From Eledone cirrhosa (lineage: Eukaryota), in assembly GCA_964016885.1 (NCBI GenBank), contig OZ024766.1:11904001-11968000 (forward strand): a stretch of 64,000 nucleotides of DNA. The letters run 5' to 3'. The notes beneath the pieces are model-generated. The model was not told the DNA's origin. It made no database searches and was given only the letters and a program-made list of their open reading frames with translations. A program made the position numbers and the translations under genes. Below are positions 63,161 through 64,000 of this stretch, piece by piece (the stretch's first letter is position 1; every line of letters starts with the position of its first letter).

Positions 63161-63491
63161 ATATATATATCTCATCATCATCATCGTTTAATCTCCATCT
63201 TCCACCTTATGGGTAGCACGGTGGACCATGTTTAGCTCACTCGGGGCAGATTTTTGCTTAGTTTCTACAGCTGGATGTCCTTCCTAATGCCAACTACCTT
63301 TACAGCGTGGGCTGGGTGCTTTTTGTTGTGTTACCGACACAACCACTTTAAAATGTGGACTGGCCACTTTTTGTTGTGACACCTACACAACCACTTTAAC
63401 AGAGTGGACTGGACATATATATATATGAAAAAATGGACATTAAATGATGATGAATATGTTTGTGTATATATATATATATATATATATATAG

Positions 63492-63650
63492 AGGAACCAG
63501 TAAGACCCCGACGGCTGAGCTCAAGCCGTCGAAACGGCTTGAGCTCAGCCGTCGGGGTCTTACTGGTTCCTATTACCCACTCTACTACCCTAAGTATTGA
63601 GTACTTTGGTGCGTTATGGTCCACCTGGTTCCTTACCACATTTCCTTCGT
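63492..63650 (+). mobile_element. Short fold-back element (perfect 38-bp hairpin + tail) between (TA)n tracts
   Basis: 63492-63529 is the exact reverse complement of 63534-63571, with loop CGAA. Confidence 0.88.
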
Positions 63651-63670
63651 TATATATATATATATATATA

Positions 63671-64000
63671 TCATCATCATTTCATTTTACGTCCCCTTTT
63701 TCCCTGCTTGCAAGGGTGGGATGGGAACTGATTCTGGCTTGATTTCTACAGCTGGATGCCCTTCCTAACACCAACCTCATTTACAGTGAGTGCTGGGTGC
63801 TTTTTTGCCGTGGCACCTCCACGACCACTTTGCAGTGGAATGATAGGGACCCCAGTCCCTATCATCTCATTTCTACAGCTGAGTAAACTGGAGCAATGTG
63901 AAATAAAGTGTCTTGCTCAAGGAAACAGCACATCACCCGGTCTGAGAATTGAACTCACAACCTTTCGATTGCAAGGCCAATGCTCTAACCGCTAAGCCAT
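63671..64000 (-). mobile_element. tRNA-derived CORE-like SINE (5' tip runs off the window)
   Basis: Reverse complement of the SINE consensus. Confidence 0.92.

Overview
Repeat-dense eukaryotic (animal) genomic DNA. The SINE types, RTE LINEs and abundant (TA)n/(TG)n tracts suggest a cephalopod such as Octopus (inference). One host gene is supported: a minus-strand M14A procarboxypeptidase (CPA/CPB-like). Its first nine coding exons (31301->3119, 993 nt, 331 aa) were assembled by hand with canonical GT-AG sites and consistent phases; the last exons lie left of the window. The rest is transposon-derived or simple repeat: an apparently intact ~3.7-kb RTE LINE with a PHD-like finger after the RT domain, truncated RTE, Tx1-like and CR1-like LINEs, a decayed Penelope-like element, two tRNA-derived SINE families, two non-autonomous Helitrons, hAT- and piggyBac-like MITEs, and TE-derived minisatellites (121, 112, 61, 60/62 and 49 bp). 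The most striking signal is about 20 type I hammerhead-ribozyme motifs (intact, variant or decayed) from several sequence families. Many sit in short non-coding fold-back elements inserted in (TA)n tracts, show stem covariation, and several lie sense to the carboxypeptidase pre-mRNA. Ribozyme activity is inferred from structure only. Most entries in the ORF track are microsatellite artefacts.
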